A stretch of 64,000 nucleotides of DNA, taken from assembly GCA_041645215.1 (NCBI GenBank), contig JBAZQK010000001.1, positions 54,091 through 118,090 on the forward strand. Direction: 5' to 3'. The stretch is from Patescibacteria group bacterium (lineage in GTDB: Bacteria > Patescibacteriota > Patescibacteriia > Veblenbacterales > UBA10138). Of this stretch, positions 47,501 to 55,495 are shown in pieces. The position numbers and the translations under genes are program-made. The notes under the pieces are model-generated. The model was not told the DNA's origin and did not search any database. It saw only the letters and a list, made by a program, of their open reading frames with translations. Position 1 is the stretch's first letter; every line of letters begins with the position of its first letter.

Positions 47501-50500
47501 ATGGCCGATTGACGCTTCGCCGACCGGTGATTGGAAATCCGGCACTATATCTAATGATTCGTCAGCCGCTTTTGGCCATTCGTTTGATTCCGGAACCGAC
47601 AGGATTATTTATAAAGATGTCGCCGTTGGCAATATTACGCCTGACCAGCAATATGTGATTTCTTTTTGGGCGAAAAAGAGCGCCTTGGCTGGTAGACCGC
47701 AATCATTTAATAGCGCGCCCTTAAACTCTAGCGCTTTAGTACCCAGTAATGTCAGCGGCGTTAACTTCTGGTGGCAGGGGGTTAAAAAACAATGGAGCGC
47801 CGTGCCTGGCGCCCAGGCGCAGACTTCGCCAATTTCTTTGACCGCCAATCCACCAGTTATTTCTAATTTAATAAGCACTCCGCCGGCCAGCTCGGCCACT
47901 ACCAATTTAACCTGGACAGCTGATACAGCCCCGACTGACCAAATAACCGTTAGCATTGATAACGGGGTCCTGCCACCGACTACTTACCTGGCTGATTCGC
48001 GCTGTGCTAACGCTGGCTCCAAAACTGATACGCCTTGTACTAACAACGACACTTGCCGTGTTCTAACTTCTACTTGTCGGCCGGCTGATTTTAAATGTAA
48101 GGGCGGACCCCAAGACGGGTTAGCTTGTCCGACCGAACAGAATTCCGAGTGTCAGAATACAACCGCCACTTGCGCTAGCGGCAAATGTTCCAACAATGAT
48201 ACTATAAGCTGTACCGGCACTGATGCTACCCCCTGTCGCAATACCACCGCGACTTGTGAATCAACCACCAAGAAGTGTTCCGGTCCTTATAAACAAAATG
48301 AAATATGCAGTGTTAATAATGACTGCGTTGACCAAACCCCGATTTGCCAAATAAATACCCCAATCCCGGTCAAAACCGGAACCGTGGCGGTTAACTTGCC
48401 TACTCGTATTTACAGCGATTATACTTTACCGATCGGCGCTACTTATAATTTATCAGTGGCTTACAGCGGCGGCAGTACGGTAACTAAACAAGTGGCGGTT
48501 AAGGTTAATAATCCATTGGGTCAATTTAGCCTAACCAGTCCGCTTAACGGCGCCACCAACCAATCAATTACGCCGAAAATTGAATGGACCGCTTCGGCGC
48601 GGGCGACTAATTACGCCTTAACAGTGGGCAGCGATTCTTATACTTTAGCCGCCACTGAAGTTTGCAGTGTTGCTTCTTGTTCGTTCACTGTTCCGGTCAA
48701 TCGCAAATTACAATACAACCAAGCTTACGCCGTATCAATTCAGGCGGCCACTGATATTGTTACAAAAAACAGTGATAATAGTATTTCCTTTACCACTGAA
48801 CAAGCCTCGGCCGGCGTTTTTGGTTTTAACGCGCCGGCGGATGACCCGCTGACGACCGGTGGTGAAGACGAAAGATTAAGCATTCCAGTATCTAATATGG
48901 AACAGGGGTCAATTCCGGTAAATATCGCCTGGTCGCCCTCTAGTAACGCGACTTCGTACATTGTTACGGTTTACCAGCAAGAAGACGCTGGTATGAGTTT
49001 AAAATGGAGTACAACCACAACCACCGCTACCGCCGTGGCAGTGGATAAAGGTCTTTTGAAATATGATACTTATTGTAGAATTGAGGTTACAGCCTTAAGC
49101 GGGGCCGCCAGTAAGAGCATTAAACTAGAAGGTTCAGCTGGCAACAATCCTTGTCGCACGCAACAGCCGCCCAAGTCGGCGACCGTGACTGACCCAGCCT
49201 CGGCCGCCGTCATAAAAACCCTTAACCCGATTTTTAGGTGGCAAAGAGGGTGGTGGAATATATCATATAAAATTGAGGTTCAAGTTAATAATGGCGTGAG
49301 TTTTGTTGATTTGTGCGGCCGGGATAATTTGACCACTACGGTATTAACCACTCCGGAATTATCAGCCGGTTGCGGCAACAATTTAACCTTTAAGGATTTA
49401 GGCAGTTATCGCTGGCGGGTAATTTCAAAAAACGCTCATCCTAATGTGGCTTATTCAGTAGTTTCGCCCGGTGCCACTGTGGATTGGAGTTATTTTAGTG
49501 TCAGCACTTTTGAACCGTCTTACGGCGGCAGTGGCGTAACTTATGGCAGTTTGCCCAGCGTAGTCGGCTCCAACAAAGAAAATCCGACACCGCCGGCGCT
49601 TAAGGGATTGCAAGCCGTTTTGAGCGGCAGTTCAGGCCAGTACAGTCCTGCTAAATGTACCGATCCCAATAATCCGCCGGTTATAGTTGGTAAGCAAGAT
49701 TATAAAGTAACGCTTGCTTGGGATGCTTACCAAAATCCGACTGACAAAAAACAGGCGTTAGGGTTTAATTTGTACCGCGGTATTGGCGGTCAGGCGGTTA
49801 CTTATTTGGGCTGCTTAGGCGCAACTGAGGTTTGTAAGCCGAATACTCCGGTTGGTGCTATCACCAATACGACTTACCTTGACAGCAGTAGTAGAATTAA
49901 AGATTTAACCGCCAACCGTTTTGTTTATCAACTTCGCGCTTTTAATACCGGCGGCGAATCCAAAGGCATTTCCGTGGCCGTGGCTACATCTAATCCGCCC
50001 ATTAAGCCGTCTTGTGTGCCGACCGCGGTTACGCCGGATAAAGGTGATATTGTGGTTAAATTAATGGTAGATGGCCAGCCAGCGGCTGGTGTAAGTTCTT
50101 ATGAATTAAATAGTGCTGAACATGCAGATGTGGCTATTTCAACCTCAGGCGATAAAATTTCTGGCCAGGCTCCAGGTGATTATTTATTTAATTATTTAGG
50201 CGGCAGTTTAACTGGTTTTACTAATGCGGAAATTTATTCTCTGGAGGCCAGCCCCGGCGGCAGTATAAATTGTGTGGGCGCGCCGTGCGGCGAGGTGCAG
50301 GGCATTTTGCAAGCCGGACAAACTTTAACTTATACTATTAATTTCGTTACTCCGCCGGCGCCGCCAGCCTCCGTTCCGCCCAACACCAACTTGGATTTTA
50401 GTGTGGCCAGCGGCGGCTTAGCCAGCGATTGGCAGCTTTATACTTTTGGTCCTTATGAATTGCCAGCCCCGGTTGATACCGCTAATGGCGTACGGGTTAG

Positions 50501-53500
50501 AATTAGCGCCGCCGACCGGTTTGTGATTGATAATGTTATCTTACAGCAAGTGGCGGACACGGTTTATGTGAATAAAGGGTCTTGGAAAATGCCTAAGGAC
50601 GCCGCTGGCGGTGATTTGTGCAAACTTAAAGATATCGGTTGCAAGGCTTATACCGACCGGCAAAAAACCACTTATAATTTAACCGGTTTTAGTAAAATCT
50701 GCCGCGCCGAGGCAATTGGCTGTGAGGCCTTGGTTGATACCCGTAACTCTGATTCAGCCAAAGAGATTTCGGCCGCGGTTAGCGGGCAAACAATTTATAC
50801 CCCGGCTGACCAGCTGGTGTACCGGGTTTACGACACCAAAAAGGCCTGCGCCGCCAGTATGCAGGCCTGTCAGCGTGTGGGCGAGCCGGTATTATCAGCC
50901 ACCGGCCAAGCGCAAAGTTGGGGTGATAAATTTGTAAAGCTTAATCCGGACACTTTCAGCGGAAATAATTCGCCGCTTTGTTCAGCCCGGCAAAATAGAT
51001 GTCAGGTATTTAAAACCGGCAGTGTTCCCCATTATTTTAAAGACCCGGGTAATAATGTTTGCGAATATAAGCAGTTAACGCCGGCTGACCAGTATGGCTG
51101 GTATAAACAAGGCACGAGCGAGGCTTGTAACTTGTTAGCTAATGCCAGTTTTGAGAATTTTGAAGCAGCTAATAATATAACTGGCCAGCCAATCACCAAC
51201 AGCGGTACGGCCGGCGATAATATTGAAGATGCGTTTAAATATTGGCAACGAAATAATAGCAGTTCAACTGAACAGGGGGCTTATTTATATGCCCTGCCGT
51301 CGTTTGGTCAGGGTTATTATAATGGTAATACCATTTTGAAAGTCAAGAGCGTGGCCCAGCCTTATTCTGGGGTATGGAGTGAGGTGGTGGAGTTGCCAAC
51401 AGTGGATACGGCTAACCCTCGCTACTTTACAGTGGGGGCGCGTTTATACGTACCGCTTGGCGCTAAAATGGATACGCCTTGGATACTTAGCCAGCACTCT
51501 TATAATGGTGATGAGCCTACACCAGTCAATTGCCCCCAGCGGCTGGTTAATGGTGTTAATGTTAGTTCTTGTCATCATTATGAGTATGAACCAAATGAAC
51601 CAGGGAATGATTATACCGTAACCGAAGCTGATAAAGGTAAATGGGTTTATAAATCCGCTACCATCAAGGCGGACCCGGGAGTAAAGTATGTGTCTTTAGG
51701 AATTATTGTGGCGACTGACAAGGATTGTGCGAATGGCAGATGTAAGTCTGATCAAGAAATTTACGTTGATGGCGTGAGTATAACCGAAGGCACCGCGCCT
51801 TATGCTTATGCTTGCCCCAGCGAAATGTCCAGCTGTAAAGCTTACCGTGATCCGGCCTTAACCAATAGCACATATTATTATTTGGACAATAAAAAATTAG
51901 ACCGTAGTTCTTGCGGCGGTAAGGTGAGTGAAAAAGACGGCTGTTTACTGCTTAATGATTTGTCGCAGTCCGGTGAGTTGCCTTGGAACGCTAACCAAAG
52001 TTATGGCCAAAGCCGTAATCAGGATGGTGTCGCGGTCGCGTCTGTGTCAGGTGTGGGGCGTTGTTCCAATGACCCTACTCAAACCAAAACCTGCACCAAA
52101 TCCAGCGATTGCGGTTCAACCACTGCTTATTGTGATTATAAAGCAACTAATGATAGTGTGGCGCCGGACACCAATCTGATTCTTAAGGTGCGGCGCGATC
52201 GGGTGTGTTCGGAGTGGCTGTCTTGCCAAACCAGCACCACTGTAACCGATCCGCAAACCGGCAAAACTCGCGAAATTTGTTATTCACTGGGCCGTTGCGA
52301 CCAGGTTAGCCAATCCAAAGCCGCCGGGCAGTGCGCTAATTGGCTGGAGCCAGAAGCGCAACAACATCCGTTGGACGAGGCTGATTATGTCGGCCGCAAT
52401 GTTACCTGGGCCGGCCAGGAATATTCCGGTTATTCCATACCGGGCCTGTGTTCGCTGGATATGGTTAGTTCCACACCAGCTTGCGGGGTGGCTATTAGTA
52501 AGGCCAAAGCCTGTCGTATTTATCCCGAGGGTGACGCGCCGTTCCCGGCCAAAGTGGCGCGGTTTGATAGCGATAAGGCCGATACCGCCAAAATTATTAC
52601 CCGTTCCCCCGGCTACAAAGACGCTAATGTGTGTCAGCCGGGTGAGGATTGCGAATGCAGTTACCAGCGCGCTAATTATACTAGTGAAACTAAGTTCTTT
52701 GGTTACAAAGGCACGCCGCCATCGGTTATTAATAAGGTGACTGAAGATTGTGGATCAGGTCAGACTAATCAAGAAATTTTGGAAAAGTGCGCCGAACAGT
52801 CAAAGTTAAAGCAGATTACTTTGGCGCGCGGCTTAAAGGGTTATTGTTTGGAGACTGATTCGTCGCGGCGCATTAATGCCAGCCAAGATCAAGCTTGTTT
52901 AACCTGGTTGCCGATTGATGTGGTTCAGGGCGAGACCTCCATTTTTGACGACAAACCCGAAGCCGGTTTTACTCCCCAGCGCACCGATGGCAACTTGCTT
53001 TATTGTCTGCAGGCCAATAGCAATGCTAATCGCGGTACAAATAAATATGAAGTCATTTCTAATAATATGGGCCGTAAGGTAGAAGTAAATAATTTTTTTG
53101 GCGGCGGTGGAGCATCTGGAGTTGGTGATGCAATGTTTGACATGATGAATATAGTAAAATGTGACGGCGCCGATGTTTGCAAAGAGCGTGGCACTTTCAG
53201 CACCGACTCCGAATATATATGGAGTCATGTTGAACATGGGTTTGGTTTTAGTTTGTCTTTAAGTGATTTTGAAAAACAGTTGGGCGGTATACAAGCGATT
53301 GATGCTATTAAGATTAAAGGTATATATAATGTATACCCCTTTGAACTCAACTTAAGCCGTTCTGTGGAATCGGCTGGAGATTCTTGGTCTGGCGGTTCAG
53401 GTGGAATTGGCATAAGAGTCAAATTTAACCCGGCTGACCCGGATAAATTTCTTGACGTGCAATTGTATCATACCCCGGCGAGTTACGGGTTCTTTAGGTT

Positions 53501-54905
53501 TAAAATAGTGATTTATCCTCGCGAATGGTGTTATAGTTTGGCGCAAGTAGTGGATAAACAACAAACCATCCCCAACAAAGCCCAAACTAATCGGGTGAAT
53601 ACTAGCTCAACTTATTCAATTTCTGGTTTAGGTTATAAATATGACAAAGATTCGCAAGGTAATCCGATTATTCCACCATTTGGCGCGGTTTTTAACAGCC
53701 CGTTGCAACCGGAAAATATTGATAAAATTGTGGCTGTTGTTCAGGAACCGGCGCAACAAAATAACCGATATCAAAATAATTCTGCCAACGCTATCTTTAG
53801 TTGCCGCACCGATCGCAGTGGTTTTGCCTGCGGCCAATGGATGTGCTTGGTTAATGGGCCGGGCGATATTAATGATGCTAGCAAGGTGGGGCAGGCTTGC
53901 AAAGTTACAGCCAACGCAACTTCATATTGTGGTTTAACACCAGCTTGCCCAGCCGGGGCTACTTGCGAAGCAGATTATCAAAAAGACCAGCCTTATATTT
54001 GTACCGGCACTAATCCGGTAATTACTATCCCCGGTAGCGACGGCGTGGCTGTGCTGACTAAACTTTATGAGCCAATTCAGGAGATCTTTGCTAAAGTTTA
54101 TAAGCGTTATGACTGGAGTGGCAAAGACAAAGCTTATCGGGAAATAACGGATAATAATCTTCTTCCGTCGTCACCTGATATTAGTAGTGATCCATCATTA
54201 ACCGACCCGCCAATAATAAGCAGTGTGACGCGCGACGACAAAGGCCGGGTTACGGGCGAAGATGTTAAATATAATTTCAGTATTTCCACTGTTCAGCAAA
54301 GCCGCGCCACTGGTGAAATTAAAGGCGTTAGTCCGTTAGCCGTAACCGCCGCCTTTTACGCTTATAATCCGAACGGCAACCAGATGCCCCTCAGGTTTGT
54401 GGGGGTTGATTGGGATAATAAATTACAGCCTGATAAAAATATTCAGGTACTAGCCTCGTTAAAGAATCACAAGCCGATTTGCCAAGCGCAATATGTCTGC
54501 GCCGGCGACCCCACTTTGTCTTGCGCTGATGTTAACGATACTAAACAGTGCGGCAATAAAGGGCCTTGCCAGCGAAATAAAGATTTTAATTTTGGCGACA
54601 GCCCCGATGCCTGTATAGACGACGAATCCGACCGCGCCGGCTACTTCTTCTACACCAATGTTTATACTTGTTCCGGGTCTGGTCATCCTAATTGGGATTC
54701 TAATAAGGGCGCTTGCGTTTATGAACCGAGCGTGGCCGTGCGCGATAACTGGGGGTGGTGGAGCAACGGCCAATATGACGACGCTGACGCTATTATTGCT
54801 GGCGCCACTGCCAATAATAAAACTTGGTTAGATTATAGTAAAAAGTCTGATACTACTGATACTGCTAATCCGGTCAAGATAATCGTAAAACCCAAGAGCC
54901 AGTAG
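44580..54905 (+). CDS. Giant Cys-rich secreted/surface protein (3441 aa)
   Basis: Uninterrupted ORF; signal peptide ending AQA-Q; abundant Cys modules, Ig/FN3-like and CBM-like segments; C-terminal VRDNWGW. Confidence 0.9.
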   Translation: MFPSVKKGSKLKRLVAALAIGLAMLTMATPALLTPRPAQAQFTDVANLAVNTGKWIWERMVEVGDWVYKHGAAIAFRNAARTFTQKIAYDSANMLASGGQGQTPLFTWKNLGKSISDAGDEAAGSFLDGIASGGVWGKFNICEPTGPNAPFAKLMITMPAFNLNLSGAYKPIKPRCTLSKFKDNWNKVLNDPEAKKTFLKDFSVVFDPKQSELGVGLNVQTNLVKEIELKKYLAEKNATASGGILPITQTITQFIKTPAPRIERAANMTTEQALKEPLVFTGDILADALGVFTNTLAAKLMKRLTQGDIPNPAGIGPSSLFGAAYGASGVEYAQAINATLLTAPLAGGDVLDMISEFSGCPSDTQYAAINNCTINSKFEQALRKAEDGNALTVKEAINKGLISGGWVFKQEKPQNVRLPDAWYLSDIKKLRLARILPLGWELAVQKVSGQDVSLNDVMNGFTDTKSPYYHLIDPNWILKAPLSQCRLRGPGQIIQSAGGTRNDTCVDTQSCIAEDEDGTCSAWGYCTKDKNIWRLGGDSCEFPKGSGVSPYASCQTFTAPGGNSVSYLQNSLANFDDGVCSGAVGCRWYSTLFNSSPSATSANRYLLTKPPLYLKNLDKLTCDAANEGCTKFLRLTNINAVALGSVAGANPAEKVVNQVINSSDTYDKYAQVQSVTLKSAPVQFKCYDTDAGGKLITGNDSPECKNYLNLCRANEVGCDLYTPKDGSPAIPGVFEPTNTCPAQCVGYQVYQQQPTFFEKNPTPAQYFIPATAQKCSATAVGCEEFTNVSQNEQREYYSQLRQCIKPGAKAATYFTWVGSELTGYQLKRYSLKSSSASSLAAPATTDSSGDCRPSGSAQYPTADPDCKQFYDVAGNAHYRNLSVTITASDQCTRYRATNVSKTDCIGASGVSGVGGTGGEWDATVEKCFYNAIPQEGQMCNASQVGCREYKGPTGDNVKLVFPISTFGDNDAKTKWPIDASPTGDWKSGTISNDSSAAFGHSFDSGTDRIIYKDVAVGNITPDQQYVISFWAKKSALAGRPQSFNSAPLNSSALVPSNVSGVNFWWQGVKKQWSAVPGAQAQTSPISLTANPPVISNLISTPPASSATTNLTWTADTAPTDQITVSIDNGVLPPTTYLADSRCANAGSKTDTPCTNNDTCRVLTSTCRPADFKCKGGPQDGLACPTEQNSECQNTTATCASGKCSNNDTISCTGTDATPCRNTTATCESTTKKCSGPYKQNEICSVNNDCVDQTPICQINTPIPVKTGTVAVNLPTRIYSDYTLPIGATYNLSVAYSGGSTVTKQVAVKVNNPLGQFSLTSPLNGATNQSITPKIEWTASARATNYALTVGSDSYTLAATEVCSVASCSFTVPVNRKLQYNQAYAVSIQAATDIVTKNSDNSISFTTEQASAGVFGFNAPADDPLTTGGEDERLSIPVSNMEQGSIPVNIAWSPSSNATSYIVTVYQQEDAGMSLKWSTTTTTATAVAVDKGLLKYDTYCRIEVTALSGAASKSIKLEGSAGNNPCRTQQPPKSATVTDPASAAVIKTLNPIFRWQRGWWNISYKIEVQVNNGVSFVDLCGRDNLTTTVLTTPELSAGCGNNLTFKDLGSYRWRVISKNAHPNVAYSVVSPGATVDWSYFSVSTFEPSYGGSGVTYGSLPSVVGSNKENPTPPALKGLQAVLSGSSGQYSPAKCTDPNNPPVIVGKQDYKVTLAWDAYQNPTDKKQALGFNLYRGIGGQAVTYLGCLGATEVCKPNTPVGAITNTTYLDSSSRIKDLTANRFVYQLRAFNTGGESKGISVAVATSNPPIKPSCVPTAVTPDKGDIVVKLMVDGQPAAGVSSYELNSAEHADVAISTSGDKISGQAPGDYLFNYLGGSLTGFTNAEIYSLEASPGGSINCVGAPCGEVQGILQAGQTLTYTINFVTPPAPPASVPPNTNLDFSVASGGLASDWQLYTFGPYELPAPVDTANGVRVRISAADRFVIDNVILQQVADTVYVNKGSWKMPKDAAGGDLCKLKDIGCKAYTDRQKTTYNLTGFSKICRAEAIGCEALVDTRNSDSAKEISAAVSGQTIYTPADQLVYRVYDTKKACAASMQACQRVGEPVLSATGQAQSWGDKFVKLNPDTFSGNNSPLCSARQNRCQVFKTGSVPHYFKDPGNNVCEYKQLTPADQYGWYKQGTSEACNLLANASFENFEAANNITGQPITNSGTAGDNIEDAFKYWQRNNSSSTEQGAYLYALPSFGQGYYNGNTILKVKSVAQPYSGVWSEVVELPTVDTANPRYFTVGARLYVPLGAKMDTPWILSQHSYNGDEPTPVNCPQRLVNGVNVSSCHHYEYEPNEPGNDYTVTEADKGKWVYKSATIKADPGVKYVSLGIIVATDKDCANGRCKSDQEIYVDGVSITEGTAPYAYACPSEMSSCKAYRDPALTNSTYYYLDNKKLDRSSCGGKVSEKDGCLLLNDLSQSGELPWNANQSYGQSRNQDGVAVASVSGVGRCSNDPTQTKTCTKSSDCGSTTAYCDYKATNDSVAPDTNLILKVRRDRVCSEWLSCQTSTTVTDPQTGKTREICYSLGRCDQVSQSKAAGQCANWLEPEAQQHPLDEADYVGRNVTWAGQEYSGYSIPGLCSLDMVSSTPACGVAISKAKACRIYPEGDAPFPAKVARFDSDKADTAKIITRSPGYKDANVCQPGEDCECSYQRANYTSETKFFGYKGTPPSVINKVTEDCGSGQTNQEILEKCAEQSKLKQITLARGLKGYCLETDSSRRINASQDQACLTWLPIDVVQGETSIFDDKPEAGFTPQRTDGNLLYCLQANSNANRGTNKYEVISNNMGRKVEVNNFFGGGGASGVGDAMFDMMNIVKCDGADVCKERGTFSTDSEYIWSHVEHGFGFSLSLSDFEKQLGGIQAIDAIKIKGIYNVYPFELNLSRSVESAGDSWSGGSGGIGIRVKFNPADPDKFLDVQLYHTPASYGFFRFKIVIYPREWCYSLAQVVDKQQTIPNKAQTNRVNTSSTYSISGLGYKYDKDSQGNPIIPPFGAVFNSPLQPENIDKIVAVVQEPAQQNNRYQNNSANAIFSCRTDRSGFACGQWMCLVNGPGDINDASKVGQACKVTANATSYCGLTPACPAGATCEADYQKDQPYICTGTNPVITIPGSDGVAVLTKLYEPIQEIFAKVYKRYDWSGKDKAYREITDNNLLPSSPDISSDPSLTDPPIISSVTRDDKGRVTGEDVKYNFSISTVQQSRATGEIKGVSPLAVTAAFYAYNPNGNQMPLRFVGVDWDNKLQPDKNIQVLASLKNHKPICQAQYVCAGDPTLSCADVNDTKQCGNKGPCQRNKDFNFGDSPDACIDDESDRAGYFFYTNVYTCSGSGHPNWDSNKGACVYEPSVAVRDNWGWWSNGQYDDADAIIAGATANNKTWLDYSKKSDTTDTANPVKIIVKPKSQ

Positions 54906-55337
54906 TTAACAAGTTTAGGACTTGTGAGTTTGTCACCCCGAATTTATTTCGGGGTCTATTTTAATTTACTTGAATACGGTAAAAATTACTTTTTGCATAA
55001 CCCCTTTGTTTTTATTTTAGCTATCATTTATTTCCATGAAAGTTTGCATAAAATATCAAAATCTGTTATAATTAACTTATAATTTAGGTTAAAGTGTGGT
55101 AGAATTTAATAACACTTGATCACTTTATCACTCAAACACCGGAACAAAAGGACACTTGAGCATTATTCATGGGCAATGATAATTAATGTAAATATCAAAA
55201 ATCAAAATGCCTATTATAACTCAAAAGTCAAAAGTAAAAGCTTCGCTTTTAGTAGTTTTGCGATTTTCATGCCCGAGGCAGATCCGCCTTTGGCGGAGAC
55301 TTTTAACTTTTGACTTAAATTTAATATTTACATTTTA

Positions 55338-55481
55338 CCCAGTATAACTACTTCGCTACAACTCGCTTTTAACAAAATTAGTGCAATTAATATATTAATC
55401 AGATTTAAATTATCATTTATTTACTAAACAGTCTGTCAACTCACGCTCGTTAATTTTGTTAGCGAAGTTGATATACTGGGT
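55338..55481. mobile_element. MITE, CCCAGTATA family (copy 3)
   Basis: Reverse-complement homologue of 24716-24851; TTA on both flanks. Confidence 0.85.
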
Positions 55482-55495
55482 TTAAATTTCCTGTC

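Noticed and set aside
44843-54773. Short antisense and alternate-frame ORFs within the giant gene and other long CDSs
   Set aside because: Shadow ORFs expected from codon bias, with no independent signals.
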